From Edaphobacter aggregans (GTDB lineage Bacteria; Acidobacteriota; Terriglobia; Terriglobales; Acidobacteriaceae), in NCBI RefSeq assembly GCF_003945235.1, contig NZ_RSDW01000001.1:1320001-1352000 (forward strand): DNA of 32,000 nt, read 5' to 3'. Under the pieces are notes generated by a model. That model worked only from the letters and a program-made list of their open reading frames with translations, did not search any database and had not been told where the DNA came from. The position numbers and the translations under genes are program-made. Position 1 is the stretch's first letter. Each line of letters opens with the position of its first letter. Shown piece after piece: positions 16,544 to 25,090 of this stretch.

Positions 16544-17947
16544 TTACCAGACGTAGGTCGCCACTGACCCAGCATTAAGCGACGTTGTGAATGACTTTCC
16601 GTGATCGCGAACGCTGAACGTTTGAGGAGTGCCGCTGATGTTCGACACAATAAGCACCTTCTCACCCCTGGGAGTTTTGAAGGCCACGTTGGGAAGCTGC
16701 TCGAGATCGTTAGAACCAATGCGAACAGAGCCGGGACGGACGAACTTCGATGCATGAGCGAGGGTATAAAAGGCAACCTGTCGAGTGACCTTCTCACCGT
16801 CGATGGTGATTGCACCGACGCATCCGGTGCATCCACCATCGTTAGTGTGTGGACCATTCTGGGGATCGGCGGCAAGGTTCCAGAGCAAAATATTTTTGCT
16901 CCAGTTGCGGGAGACACCAATAATGACTCGCGCCACAGGCTTGCTTAAATTGATGTCAGTGCTACCGCTGTGCTCGGTTACAGATTGTTCGGTGAAGTAG
17001 ATGTTCTTCTTGGGAAATTCATCATGGACCTGAGTCATTGCATCTACCTTTCCCCCATACAGATGAAAGCCGGTGCCGTCGATGTATTTGTTAGCTGTAG
17101 GGTCTCTCAGAATGGTGAGCGGATAGAGTGGATGATCGAGGTTGTGGTCGTATAAAACGATCTTGGTTTTGATGCCGGCTTTTTTGAATGCAGGCCCGAG
17201 ATGATTCTTGATGAAGTCCTCCTGCTCCGATTCAAGCATCAGCATACTGGGCGTGTTCTTCTCGTTCAGCGGCTCGTTCTGGATGGTGAGCGTGTCGATG
17301 GGAATGCCTGCAGCCTGCATGCCCTGGATGTACTTCACAAAATAGTCAGCGTAGGCACCGAAGTATTCGGGTTTCAGCACACCACCCCTTGCCACGCCGC
17401 TCGTCTTCATCCACAACGGAGCAGACCACGGAGAGGCGAGGATCTTAATCTTCGGATTGATCGCGAGAATTTCTTTGATAACAGGGATGACGTCGGCATG
17501 GTCTGGATCAAGGCTGAACTTCGCCATACTCTGGTCGGTCTGACCTTCAGGCATGTCGTCATAGGAGTAGACATGGTCATTCATGTCGGAAGCTCCGACA
17601 CTGACACGAATATAGCTGCTCCCAATGTTGTTGCCGTCGTCAGCAAAAAGTTCATGCAGGATTGCCGCACGCGCCGTAGGATTCATGCGCATCAGGAGTT
17701 GCGCGCTGCCACCAGTAACCGCAAAGCCGAAGCCATCAATAGTTTGAAAAGTCTTCGTATCATCAACATCGATGACTGGATCTTTTGCAGGCGAGTTCGT
17801 AAATGGCGTGGGTGGGGATTGCAGCTGAAAGAGAGCTGATCTGTCGGGATTCGTCAGCCAGACTGAAGCATCTTTTTGCGCGTAAGACGAAAGTGGAACC
17901 AATGTTAGTGCAAGGAATGCTAGGGAGTTAACAACCTTCGAGTTCAT
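16544..17947 (-). CDS. Exported GH30 glycoside hydrolase (glucosylceramidase / beta-1,6-glucanase-type)
   Basis: Signal peptide MNSKVVNSLAFLALTLVPLSSYAQ. GH30 hallmarks: FQTIDGFGFAVTGGSAQLL, acid/base motif TIQNEPLNE, nucleophile region NIYFTEQSV. AGGAG lies 5 nt upstream of ATG 17947. Confidence 0.85.
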   Translation of the reverse strand: MNSKVVNSLAFLALTLVPLSSYAQKDASVWLTNPDRSALFQLQSPPTPFTNSPAKDPVIDVDDTKTFQTIDGFGFAVTGGSAQLLMRMNPTARAAILHELFADDGNNIGSSYIRVSVGASDMNDHVYSYDDMPEGQTDQSMAKFSLDPDHADVIPVIKEILAINPKIKILASPWSAPLWMKTSGVARGGVLKPEYFGAYADYFVKYIQGMQAAGIPIDTLTIQNEPLNEKNTPSMLMLESEQEDFIKNHLGPAFKKAGIKTKIVLYDHNLDHPLYPLTILRDPTANKYIDGTGFHLYGGKVDAMTQVHDEFPKKNIYFTEQSVTEHSGSTDINLSKPVARVIIGVSRNWSKNILLWNLAADPQNGPHTNDGGCTGCVGAITIDGEKVTRQVAFYTLAHASKFVRPGSVRIGSNDLEQLPNVAFKTPRGEKVLIVSNISGTPQTFSVRDHGKSFTTSLNAGSVATYVW

Positions 17948-17994
17948 TTAGGCTCCTGAGTGGCAGTACTGCTATTTGCTATATACGTAAATGA

Positions 17995-19218
17995 TCACTG
18001 CGGCACCGATACCGGCTTGAGGCCGAGTGCCTTCAAATAACCTGGGTTCGTGTGAGCGTTATGAAGTTGAATATTTTCGAGTAGGCCAGCGAATGCTTTG
18101 TTTATGACTTCCTGATCCGGCCTTGCTTTTAGGCGCCCTTCAACCTGTCCTGTACCGCGCGGCAGTTTGGCAAAAGCGACGATCTGATCCCACCCTTCCG
18201 GAGGAGTGATGGTAACGACGGCGGATGTCTTGCCCATCTTCTTATAGGGCCAGAATGCCCAGCCAATATTGTGTTTCTCCATCAGAGCAACGAACTGAGC
18301 GATCCACTCATCGTTGTTTTCGCCAGATTCGCCCAGCCAGATCGGAACGTTATATTTATCGCGAAAGTCCAGATATTGCTGGATGACTGGTTCGTCTGTC
18401 TTCGACCAGTACTTATGAAAGGTGTAGGCGGTATTGCTGTCGAAGGGAGAACCAAAGACAGTGAAGTTACCGTCCCACTGAGCCCCGCCAAGAAAAAAGA
18501 TGTGATGCTTGTCGATCTGGCGAACTGCTGTGGATAACTTTTTATAGAGCGGCTCGAGCTTCGGATTCAACGAGGCCAAACGCGGGTAGTGCGGGATCGG
18601 CTCATTCAGAAGATCGTATCCAAGCACAGTGGGATTGTCTTTGTAATGATGTGCGATGCCCTGCCAAATCGCGATGAGATGCGCTTGCTCCTGAGGACTG
18701 TCGTAGAGCCATGGGTATCCGTAACTGTCGTCGATATTTGCGCCGGTCTGACCGCCGGGAGCAGCGTGCATGTCGATAACAACATAAAGGCCTTCCTCGC
18801 GACTCCATTGCAGAACGCGATCTAACAGAGTGAACCCTTCAGCATTATCCGCTTCAAAAAACTTGTAGTGGATTGGGATACGGATCGAATTAAACCCAGC
18901 TTCGCGGAGGAGATGAATGTCCTGCTGAGTAATGTAATTCTCGCGATATTGGCGCCAGAAATCCGCTGCCTTATCGGGACCGAGCAATTCGGTAACGAGG
19001 CCTTCGATCTCACGAGCCGACTGCGGGCCACCCTCGAACATCCACATATAGCCTTCAGGCACGAACCAGTTGCCCAGATTCGTCGCCCGCAGCAGAAGAG
19101 GCTTGCCGTTTCTGTCAACGATCTCCTTTTGTTGCGTGTGCGCAAACTGAGCAGAAAGGCTGGACGGAAGCAGCGAAAGCGACAGCACGGCAAGGCTTAA
19201 CAGACTGCGGAGCGACAT
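17995..19218 (-). CDS. Exported GH5 glycoside hydrolase (cellulase-family beta-glucanase)
   Basis: Signal peptide MSLRSLLSLAVLSLSLLPSSLSAQ. GH5 acid/base motif GYDLLNEP and nucleophile motif IWLGESGEN. GAGGGA lies 7 nt upstream of ATG 19218. Confidence 0.85.
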   Translation of the reverse strand: MSLRSLLSLAVLSLSLLPSSLSAQFAHTQQKEIVDRNGKPLLLRATNLGNWFVPEGYMWMFEGGPQSAREIEGLVTELLGPDKAADFWRQYRENYITQQDIHLLREAGFNSIRIPIHYKFFEADNAEGFTLLDRVLQWSREEGLYVVIDMHAAPGGQTGANIDDSYGYPWLYDSPQEQAHLIAIWQGIAHHYKDNPTVLGYDLLNEPIPHYPRLASLNPKLEPLYKKLSTAVRQIDKHHIFFLGGAQWDGNFTVFGSPFDSNTAYTFHKYWSKTDEPVIQQYLDFRDKYNVPIWLGESGENNDEWIAQFVALMEKHNIGWAFWPYKKMGKTSAVVTITPPEGWDQIVAFAKLPRGTGQVEGRLKARPDQEVINKAFAGLLENIQLHNAHTNPGYLKALGLKPVSVPQ

Positions 19219-19260
19219 GAGTAAATCCCTCGTAGGACGGGTTCGAAAATGAGACTGGTT

Positions 19261-21570
19261 TTACGGCAGAACAGTGAACGTCGTGTGTTGTGTCGCCGAA
19301 GAGTCGGCACCTACCCATAAATCGAAAGGGCCGGGTTCGATCGACCAGCGATGAGTCTGCGGACTCCAGAAGCCAAGGTCGTTCGTGTCGAGCGCGAACG
19401 TAACGGTCTGCTTCTCGCCAGGCTTGAGACTCACCCGACGAAAGGCTTTGAGCTCGCGCGTCGGACGTGACGCGGTGCCGGATCGTTGATGCGTGTAGAG
19501 CTGAACAACCTGATCACCCGCAGCCCCACCCGTGTTTTGCAGCTCGATAGAAACCGCCAACTTAGACCCGGCCTTCACTGAGATAGATTCTGTCTTGAGG
19601 TCATCCATCTTGAAAGTGGTATAGCTAAGACCATAGCCAAAGGGGTAGAGCGGCGCGCTGGAGCCATCCCAATAACGTGTATCGAGAGCATTCGGAATCT
19701 GCGTAAGAGTACGCGCATAGAAGATAGGAACCTGACCCACGCTGCGCGGCCAGCTCACCGGCAGTTTTCCTCCAGGATTCGCATCGCCGAAGAGCAGGTC
19801 CGCAACGGCATTGCCGCCCTCAGTCCCGGGATACCACGCGTCGAGGATAGCCGGCACATGCTCCGAAGCCCACGTAATATCGAGCGGGCGCCCGTTGAGA
19901 AGCACCAGCACGATTGGCTTCCCGGTGGCCACTGCCGCCTCGAGCAACTGCTGCTGACGTCCGGGAAGAGTAAGTGTGGAGCGTGAAGCCCGCTCACCGC
20001 TCATAGTCTGGGCCTCCCCCAAAACCAGCACAGCCACTTGCGATTGTTTGATGAGATCAATGGCATGTGCGAACTCTGCATCACGCTCCGCATCGGTTTT
20101 TAGCACTGGCTTTGGGCTGGGATATTGCGGATCAAAGATCGAAGGCTGAACCCGTTCAATCTCGACGCCCTTAGCCCAGTTGATGGTTGTACCTGATGGG
20201 AAGCGCTTGCGAATGCCTTCAAACACCGTAACAGCGTCCGCAGGATGAGTAGCCAGACTCCATGAGCCAGTAATGTCCGCCTGAGAATCGGCCAGCGGAC
20301 CAATGACGGCAATCGACGTAAGTGACTTGCTGAGAGGGAGCAGCCTGCCCTCATTCCGAAGTAGCACGGCGCTCCGTTCCGCAGCTTTTCGTGCCGACTG
20401 TCGCTGTTCAGGTGTGACGAGCTCAGTCTCGGCCCGCGATGACGCAACGTAAGGACTGGTGAAGAGCCCGAGACGATACTTCGCGGTAAGGATGCGACGC
20501 ACAGCCTCGTCAATCGTGGACTGCTGCACTAATCCCTGCTTCACCGCAGCAGCAAGCTCATCGCGAAAGACGTGGCTCGTCATCTCCATGTCGACGCCAG
20601 CGTTGACCGCACGAACGGCAGCGTCCTGCGGACCAGAAGCAAAGCCATGCGTCGTCAGACTCTTCACGGACTCCCAGTCACTCACCACGAAGCCATCGAA
20701 CTTCCACTTCTCACGCAACACATCGTGAAGCAGGAAGCGGTTGCCTGTAGCCGGTACGCCATTGAGGTCCATGTACGCGGACATCAACGAACCAGAACCC
20801 GCGCGAACAGCCGCCTCGAATGGAGGGAGATATATATTCCACAACTCCTCATCCGAGATGCTCGAAGAATCGTAGTCCCGCCCACCGACCGCAGCACCAT
20901 ACCCAGCGAAGTGCTTCACGCAGGCAAGAATGTGCTCTGGCGACCCGATCTTATCGCCCTGAAAACCACGAATTTGTGCAGCTGCCATCTGCGACCCAAG
21001 ATAGGGATCCTCGCCCGCGCCTTCCATGATGCGTCCCCAGCGAGGATCGCGCGCTATATCGACCATTGGCGCGAACGTCCAGTTAATTCCGACGGCGCTA
21101 GCTTCCTTCGCTGCCATTCGCTGAGCCTCTTCGGCCTGAGCAGGATCCCACGAGGCCGCAAGCGCCAGAGGAACCGGATAGATCGTACGGAATCCATGAA
21201 TCACATCGAATCCAAATATGAGGGGGATGTGAAGTCTTCCCTTCTCGACAGCCAGATGCTGCAGGCGATTGATCTCCTTCGCATCGGTGATGAAGAGAAA
21301 CGAGCCAACCTGCCCTTTCAAAATTCGCTCGTCAGGCGAGACGTCCTCCTTCTGGTTCAGTGGAATCTGGCTCATCTGCCCAAGCTTCTCTTCAAGGGTC
21401 ATCTTCTGCAGCAGATTGTCCACAAAGCGCGCTTCCGTTGTATCGCCCTCCCAGTTTTGTGGCGATTGTGCAAGACAAGAAGCTCCGGACAAAGTAATGG
21501 CAAGGCTGCCGACGAGCAGTCGACGAACCAAGGCGCACCTGGAGTAACAAAATGACATCAGAATCTCCAT
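19261..21570 (-). CDS. bglX: Periplasmic GH3 beta-glucosidase, BglX-like
   Basis: Collinear with E. coli BglX as I recall it: MTLEEKLGQM, KHFAGYGAAVGGRDY, nucleophile motif GFVVSDWES, LLNGRPL, GTEGGNAVADLLFGDANPGGKLPVSWPRSVGQVP, YPFGYGLSYTTF, and a C-terminal Fn3-like domain. Start is ambiguous: ATG 21570 (GGGAG 9 nt upstream), ATG 21558 (GGAG 6 nt upstream), or the longest ORF at 21609. Confidence 0.93.
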   Translation of the reverse strand: MEILMSFCYSRCALVRRLLVGSLAITLSGASCLAQSPQNWEGDTTEARFVDNLLQKMTLEEKLGQMSQIPLNQKEDVSPDERILKGQVGSFLFITDAKEINRLQHLAVEKGRLHIPLIFGFDVIHGFRTIYPVPLALAASWDPAQAEEAQRMAAKEASAVGINWTFAPMVDIARDPRWGRIMEGAGEDPYLGSQMAAAQIRGFQGDKIGSPEHILACVKHFAGYGAAVGGRDYDSSSISDEELWNIYLPPFEAAVRAGSGSLMSAYMDLNGVPATGNRFLLHDVLREKWKFDGFVVSDWESVKSLTTHGFASGPQDAAVRAVNAGVDMEMTSHVFRDELAAAVKQGLVQQSTIDEAVRRILTAKYRLGLFTSPYVASSRAETELVTPEQRQSARKAAERSAVLLRNEGRLLPLSKSLTSIAVIGPLADSQADITGSWSLATHPADAVTVFEGIRKRFPSGTTINWAKGVEIERVQPSIFDPQYPSPKPVLKTDAERDAEFAHAIDLIKQSQVAVLVLGEAQTMSGERASRSTLTLPGRQQQLLEAAVATGKPIVLVLLNGRPLDITWASEHVPAILDAWYPGTEGGNAVADLLFGDANPGGKLPVSWPRSVGQVPIFYARTLTQIPNALDTRYWDGSSAPLYPFGYGLSYTTFKMDDLKTESISVKAGSKLAVSIELQNTGGAAGDQVVQLYTHQRSGTASRPTRELKAFRRVSLKPGEKQTVTFALDTNDLGFWSPQTHRWSIEPGPFDLWVGADSSATQHTTFTVLP

Positions 21571-21660
21571 ATCGGGGGACTCCCGAAATTTGGCAACGAG
21601 GCAGAACAATTTCGCTTGCAGTTCAAACGATTTACTTCTTTGGATTTGACAGCGGCAACC

Positions 21661-21689
21661 AGTTTAGACAAACGTTTGTTTATTGTCTA
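21661..21689 (-). promoter_or_regulatory. Candidate promoter of the GH3-GH5-GH30-fusion operon
   Basis: Read on the minus strand: TAGACA (plus coordinates 21684-21689), 17-nt spacer, TAAACT (21661-21666). The spacer is the operator palindrome. By-eye call. Confidence 0.35.
21665..21682. promoter_or_regulatory. LacI-family operator candidate (TAGACAAACGTTTGTTTA)
   Basis: Near-perfect palindrome centred on CG at 21673/21674, with one mismatch in the outer arm. It has the same core as the two perfect palindromes at 29843-29862 and 29937-29966. It overlaps both divergent promoter candidates. A shifted second copy of the right arm (TTGTCTA) lies at 21683-21689. Confidence 0.65.
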
Positions 21690-21693
21690 TATT
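21665..21693 (+). promoter_or_regulatory. Candidate promoter of the LacI-family regulator gene (autoregulated)
   Basis: TAGACA (21665-21670), 17-nt spacer, TATATT (21688-21693). The -35 and spacer are covered by the operator palindrome. By-eye call. Confidence 0.35.
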
Positions 21694-21837
21694 GACCATC
21701 AACGAAATTTTACGATCTCTGCTTCCTTCTGTGCCCGGTGCTCTTCTTGTATTCATGCTCTCTCCTTGGCCCCGTAGCGTATTGTTATTCTTTATCAAGA
21801 AACAGTTTCCCTTGGCTTAGGATTCACTGACGTCACC

Positions 21838-22890
21838 ATGAAAAAATCGGCCGCGCCTCACCCGCACGAAACGCGTCCCACCAGTCTCAAGATGCTGGCG
21901 GCGTACCTGAACTTAAGTCCGTCCACCATCTCCTACGTCCTGAACGATTCTCCTGGCCGCTCGATTCCAACTGCGACGCGCGACCGGGTGAAGGCCGCCG
22001 CCGCGAAATTCAACTATCGCCCTAGCATGATCGCCCGTACCCTGCAGGGAAAGCGCATGCAGACGATAGGAGTCCTCCTGCCTGAACTAGGCGAGGGATA
22101 CCACTCCCAGGTCCTGAGCGGTGTAGGAGACCTTGTCATCCGGGAAGGTTATTTCTATTTCACCGTTCACCACCGGCACAAAAAAGATCTGATCTCGGCC
22201 TATCCCGATCTTCTACGGTCTCGAGGCGTCGATGGCATCCTGGCAATCGACACGCATTTCGATGCGCCTCTGCCGCTGCCTACGGTCCTGGTGGCTGGAC
22301 ATACGGAACTACCCGGTGTAACAAACGTCATTCTCGATGAAAAACACGCGGCCCGGTTATCCCTGCGCCATCTCCATGAGCTCGGCCATCGCAGGATCGC
22401 CTTCATGCACGGCCAGCCCTTCAGCGCCGACTCGAATGCCCGCTGGGACTCGACGCTCGAGGCAGCGCGCGAACTCGGCCTTGATATCCACGAAGAACTC
22501 ATGATCCATCTCTCCAAGGACTCTCACTCGCCAGAGATCAGCTATCCCGGCATCCGAAAGCTTATCCAAAGCGGAAAACGTTTCTCCGCAGTCCTCTGCT
22601 TCAACGACGTCTCAGCGATGGGTAGCATCCGCGCCTTGCACGAGGCTGGACTCCGCGTCCCCGGCGACGTCTCCATCCTCGGCTTCGACGACATCCAGTC
22701 CTCGGCCTATCAGGTACCGAGCCTCACCACCATCCGGCAGCCTCTTCACAAGATGGGCAGCACCGCCTCCCGCATGCTCCTGAAAAAACTGGCCGGCGAG
22801 ACCACCCCTGAGCTCGTCCGGGTAGAACCCGAGTTAATCGTCCGCGAATCCACCGGTCCCGCCCACTCCCATCCCACAAAAAGACGCTGA
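21838..22890 (+). CDS. LacI/GalR-family transcriptional repressor
   Basis: N-terminal HTH: LKMLAAYLNLSPSTISYVLNDSPGRSIPTATRDRVKAAAAKFNYRPSMIARTLQ. PBP1 effector domain: TIGVLLPEL, AVLCFNDVSAMGSIRALHEAGLRVPGDVSILGFDD, LTTIRQPL. Divergent from the hydrolase operon. Confidence 0.92.
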   Translation: MKKSAAPHPHETRPTSLKMLAAYLNLSPSTISYVLNDSPGRSIPTATRDRVKAAAAKFNYRPSMIARTLQGKRMQTIGVLLPELGEGYHSQVLSGVGDLVIREGYFYFTVHHRHKKDLISAYPDLLRSRGVDGILAIDTHFDAPLPLPTVLVAGHTELPGVTNVILDEKHAARLSLRHLHELGHRRIAFMHGQPFSADSNARWDSTLEAARELGLDIHEELMIHLSKDSHSPEISYPGIRKLIQSGKRFSAVLCFNDVSAMGSIRALHEAGLRVPGDVSILGFDDIQSSAYQVPSLTTIRQPLHKMGSTASRMLLKKLAGETTPELVRVEPELIVRESTGPAHSHPTKRR

Positions 22891-23064
22891 AACTACCGTC
22901 TGTTGCTACTTCTTCGCGCTGAAGTGGCCTTTTTGGATTGTCATCCTTGCTTCTGTCGTTCTACTGTCAAGCCAAAAAGACCATAACCCACAGAAAACAA
23001 GCTACATCCACGTGCCAGACAATTTAGGCTAACTTGCTATACTGGATATAGAGATGAAAGAGGA

Positions 23065-23089
23065 GCCTCGGCCAGCCGCCGGGGTTTTT
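23065..23089 (+). terminator. Intrinsic terminator-like hairpin in the convergent intergenic region
   Basis: Stem CCTCGGC (23066-23072) pairs with GCCGGGG (23078-23084), including one G-U pair. The loop is 5 nt and is followed by TTTTT (23085-23089). It lies 175 nt past the lacI-family stop, so it is either a distal terminator for that gene or the end of a very short independent transcript. Confidence 0.5.
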
Positions 23090-23276
23090 CATTTTAACCC
23101 ATAACTTATAAGAAAGAAGAGACCGTATCCCGATAAACACCATGGAATAAATACTTTACAGACACCATATTCACTACACCCTCGAATCTAGAGACTTCCT
23201 CATCACGCGATAGGGAAAGTCCACCCCTAACCCCTATTTATGGAATACTTTGCACGAAATGCACAATGGGGTGTCC

Positions 23277-25088
23277 TCAATGAGATGTTAGCGAGTCGCC
23301 AGCCGGAGTCAGCGTACCGCCCTGCTTGAGTTGGTAAAACCGGTTGGCTGCAACATTCTCGAAGACCTGTGTGCCGCCATTCGGCCAAAACACCTCGACC
23401 TTGTCGATACGGCTGGCCGAACCGAGCCCGAAGTGCAATCGCAGATCGCTCTGCGAGAGGTAGCTCCCACCGCTCCGCACCTCTCCAAGCTGCTGCTGTT
23501 TGCCCACCGTCACACGGACGCGAGCATTCAGAGCCAATCGGTTGGCCGGGCTGCCTTCCAGATCGAAGCTGACCCAGTGATTCGCCGGATTGCTCTTGGC
23601 CTCCAGAATCATCGGCGAGCCAGCCAGGTTTTCGACGACAATATCGAGTCGGCCCCGATTGAAAAGATCGCCCACGGCAAGCCCGCGACTCACCTGCGGC
23701 GTCCCAACCGCACCGCCAGTCTGCGCACTGACGTCCTTGAAAGTTCCGTCGCGCTGGTTCTGAAAGACAAGCTTCGGTTCGCGATAAGCCGTGCCAAGCT
23801 TGGCGTTATCGACCTGCGGATAGACATGCCCATTGACGAGGATCAGGTCCTGCCATCCTGAGTTGTCGAGATCGACAAACGCATTGCCCCAGCCAACGAA
23901 TGGAACCGTCGGACGCACGATCCCAGCCGAGTGCGAGACGTCAGTGAAGCTCATCCCACCATCGTTGCGGTAGAGCGTCGCATACTCATCGCTGAAGTGA
24001 CTAAGAAAGATGCTCATCCGACCGGTATTCAGGTAGTCACCCAGGGCAACGCCCATGTTGGCCTGCTCGACGCCATCCTCGCTAACAGCGACTCCGGCAT
24101 CCAGCGCAACCTCCTTGAACCGCCCGCCACCCTCATTGTGGTACAGATAGTTCGGCTCACCATCGTTGGCCACAAAAAGATCGAGCTTGCCATCGCCGTC
24201 GAAGTCCGACCAAACCGCACCGAGACCAAAGAATCGCTTAGGATCATCCACTCCAGCCTCTTTGGCAACCTCGGTAAAGGTCCCATCGCCGTTGTTACGG
24301 TAAAGCGTATCAGGATAGCCCTTCAACCCACGCGGCCCGCACTGCACAGCGATGTCATGGTACTCGCACGTCTTGCGCGAGCCAAACAAAGGAAGGTCGT
24401 GCATGTCAAAGTCAACGTAGTGCGGAACAAAGAGGTCGGAGTTGCCATCGCCATCGTAGTCACCAAACGTAACGCCAGTAGCCCATCCAGTGTCCTTGTC
24501 TAAACCCGAAGCTTTGGTGACATCTGTGAAGGTACCATCGCCATTGTTCCTGTAGAGCACGACGCCACCGAAGCAGCTAATGATGAGGTCAGGCCGGCCA
24601 TCATTGTTGTAATCTCCAACGGCTACACCCATAGCCCAGCAAGGATAGCCAACACCAGCCTTATCTGTGACATCGGTAAAGGTGCCGTCGTGGTTGTTAT
24701 GGAACAGAGCGCTCCTGGCCTTCTTACCCTCAAGTGCCATCGCAACATTTGGCGCATTGGTGAAGTAGATATCGAGCCAGCCGTCGCCATCGTAGTCGAT
24801 CAGCGCAACCCCACCGCTCATCGACTCAACAATGTACTTCTGCTCGGAACTTGCGAGGTGCTCGAAGTGAATTCCTGTAGAAGAAGTGATGTCGATAAGT
24901 TGCGAGACTTTGCCAATTACACCGTGATCACTGCTGGAAGCATTACTCTTTGCAGAAGCTTCCTTGGAGGTCACTGCTGATTGCTGTGCTCTTAGGCTCT
25001 GGCCTTGAAATCCGCGCGCGCAAAGCGCAATGCATACCAGAAGCGCCGCGAAGTGCAAGGCTCGCCCAGTGTCGATCTTGGCCGTCAC
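23277..25088 (-). CDS. Exported CRTAC1-family protein (FG-GAP/VCBS beta-propeller repeats plus C-terminal ASPIC/UnbV domain)
   Basis: Repeated Ca-binding-type loops: DYDGDGWLD, DYNNDGRPD, DYDGDGNSD, DFDGDGKLD, DLDNSGWQD. Each follows G-V/A-x-x-G-D. C-terminal UnbV/ASPIC-like segment: GSYLSQSDLRLHFGLG...KVEVFWPNGGTQVFENVAANRFYQL. GTG start at 25088 lies only 2 nt after the upstream TPR stop (TAG, 25091-25093), indicating tight coupling. Confidence 0.85.
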   Translation of the reverse strand: MTAKIDTGRALHFAALLVCIALCARGFQGQSLRAQQSAVTSKEASAKSNASSSDHGVIGKVSQLIDITSSTGIHFEHLASSEQKYIVESMSGGVALIDYDGDGWLDIYFTNAPNVAMALEGKKARSALFHNNHDGTFTDVTDKAGVGYPCWAMGVAVGDYNNDGRPDLIISCFGGVVLYRNNGDGTFTDVTKASGLDKDTGWATGVTFGDYDGDGNSDLFVPHYVDFDMHDLPLFGSRKTCEYHDIAVQCGPRGLKGYPDTLYRNNGDGTFTEVAKEAGVDDPKRFFGLGAVWSDFDGDGKLDLFVANDGEPNYLYHNEGGGRFKEVALDAGVAVSEDGVEQANMGVALGDYLNTGRMSIFLSHFSDEYATLYRNDGGMSFTDVSHSAGIVRPTVPFVGWGNAFVDLDNSGWQDLILVNGHVYPQVDNAKLGTAYREPKLVFQNQRDGTFKDVSAQTGGAVGTPQVSRGLAVGDLFNRGRLDIVVENLAGSPMILEAKSNPANHWVSFDLEGSPANRLALNARVRVTVGKQQQLGEVRSGGSYLSQSDLRLHFGLGSASRIDKVEVFWPNGGTQVFENVAANRFYQLKQGGTLTPAGDSLTSH

Positions 25089-25090
25089 AG

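Noticed and set aside
13652-17839. Several 150-230-aa ORFs overlapping or antisense to the fusion and GH30 genes (13652-14284 -, 14703-15158 +, 15861-16556 +, 16393-16920 -, 17201-17839 +)
   Set aside because: All are nested in genes with strong family signatures. Their translations are low-complexity or Arg-rich with no motifs, so they are treated as shadow ORFs.
17963-17972. 10-bp perfect palindrome GCAGTACTGC between the GH5 and GH30 genes
   Set aside because: About 30 such 10-bp palindromes are expected by chance in 32 kb under uniform composition, and it has no related copies.
20572-21555. 327-aa ORF antisense to the GH3 gene
   Set aside because: The translation has no recognisable motif and is Arg/Ser/His-rich. 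This is typical of a shadow ORF opposite a GC-rich gene. The GH3 frame is unambiguously coding.
21572-21586. Small GC hairpin (TCGGG...CCCGA) overlapping the GGGAG upstream of ATG 21570, as a possible translational control element
   Set aside because: The stem is only 5 bp. Its relevance depends on which of three candidate GH3 start codons is used, and ATG 21558 has its own unstructured GGAG.
22572-22587. Operator-like 11/16 matches inside coding sequence (CGGAAAACGTTTCTCC at 22572-22587 in the lacI-family gene; GGACAGACGTTTTTGA at 27104-27119 in TBDR2; GTTCAAACGATTTACT at 21621-21636, 10/16)
   Set aside because: They are too degenerate relative to the three strong sites, and two are intragenic. 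They are plausible chance matches to an AACGTT-centred motif.
23054-23104. 16-codon mini-ORF (MKEEPRPAAGVFHFNP) running through the terminator hairpin
   Set aside because: There is no supporting signal beyond an ATG, and the peptide is encoded largely by the hairpin itself. It is most likely coincidental.
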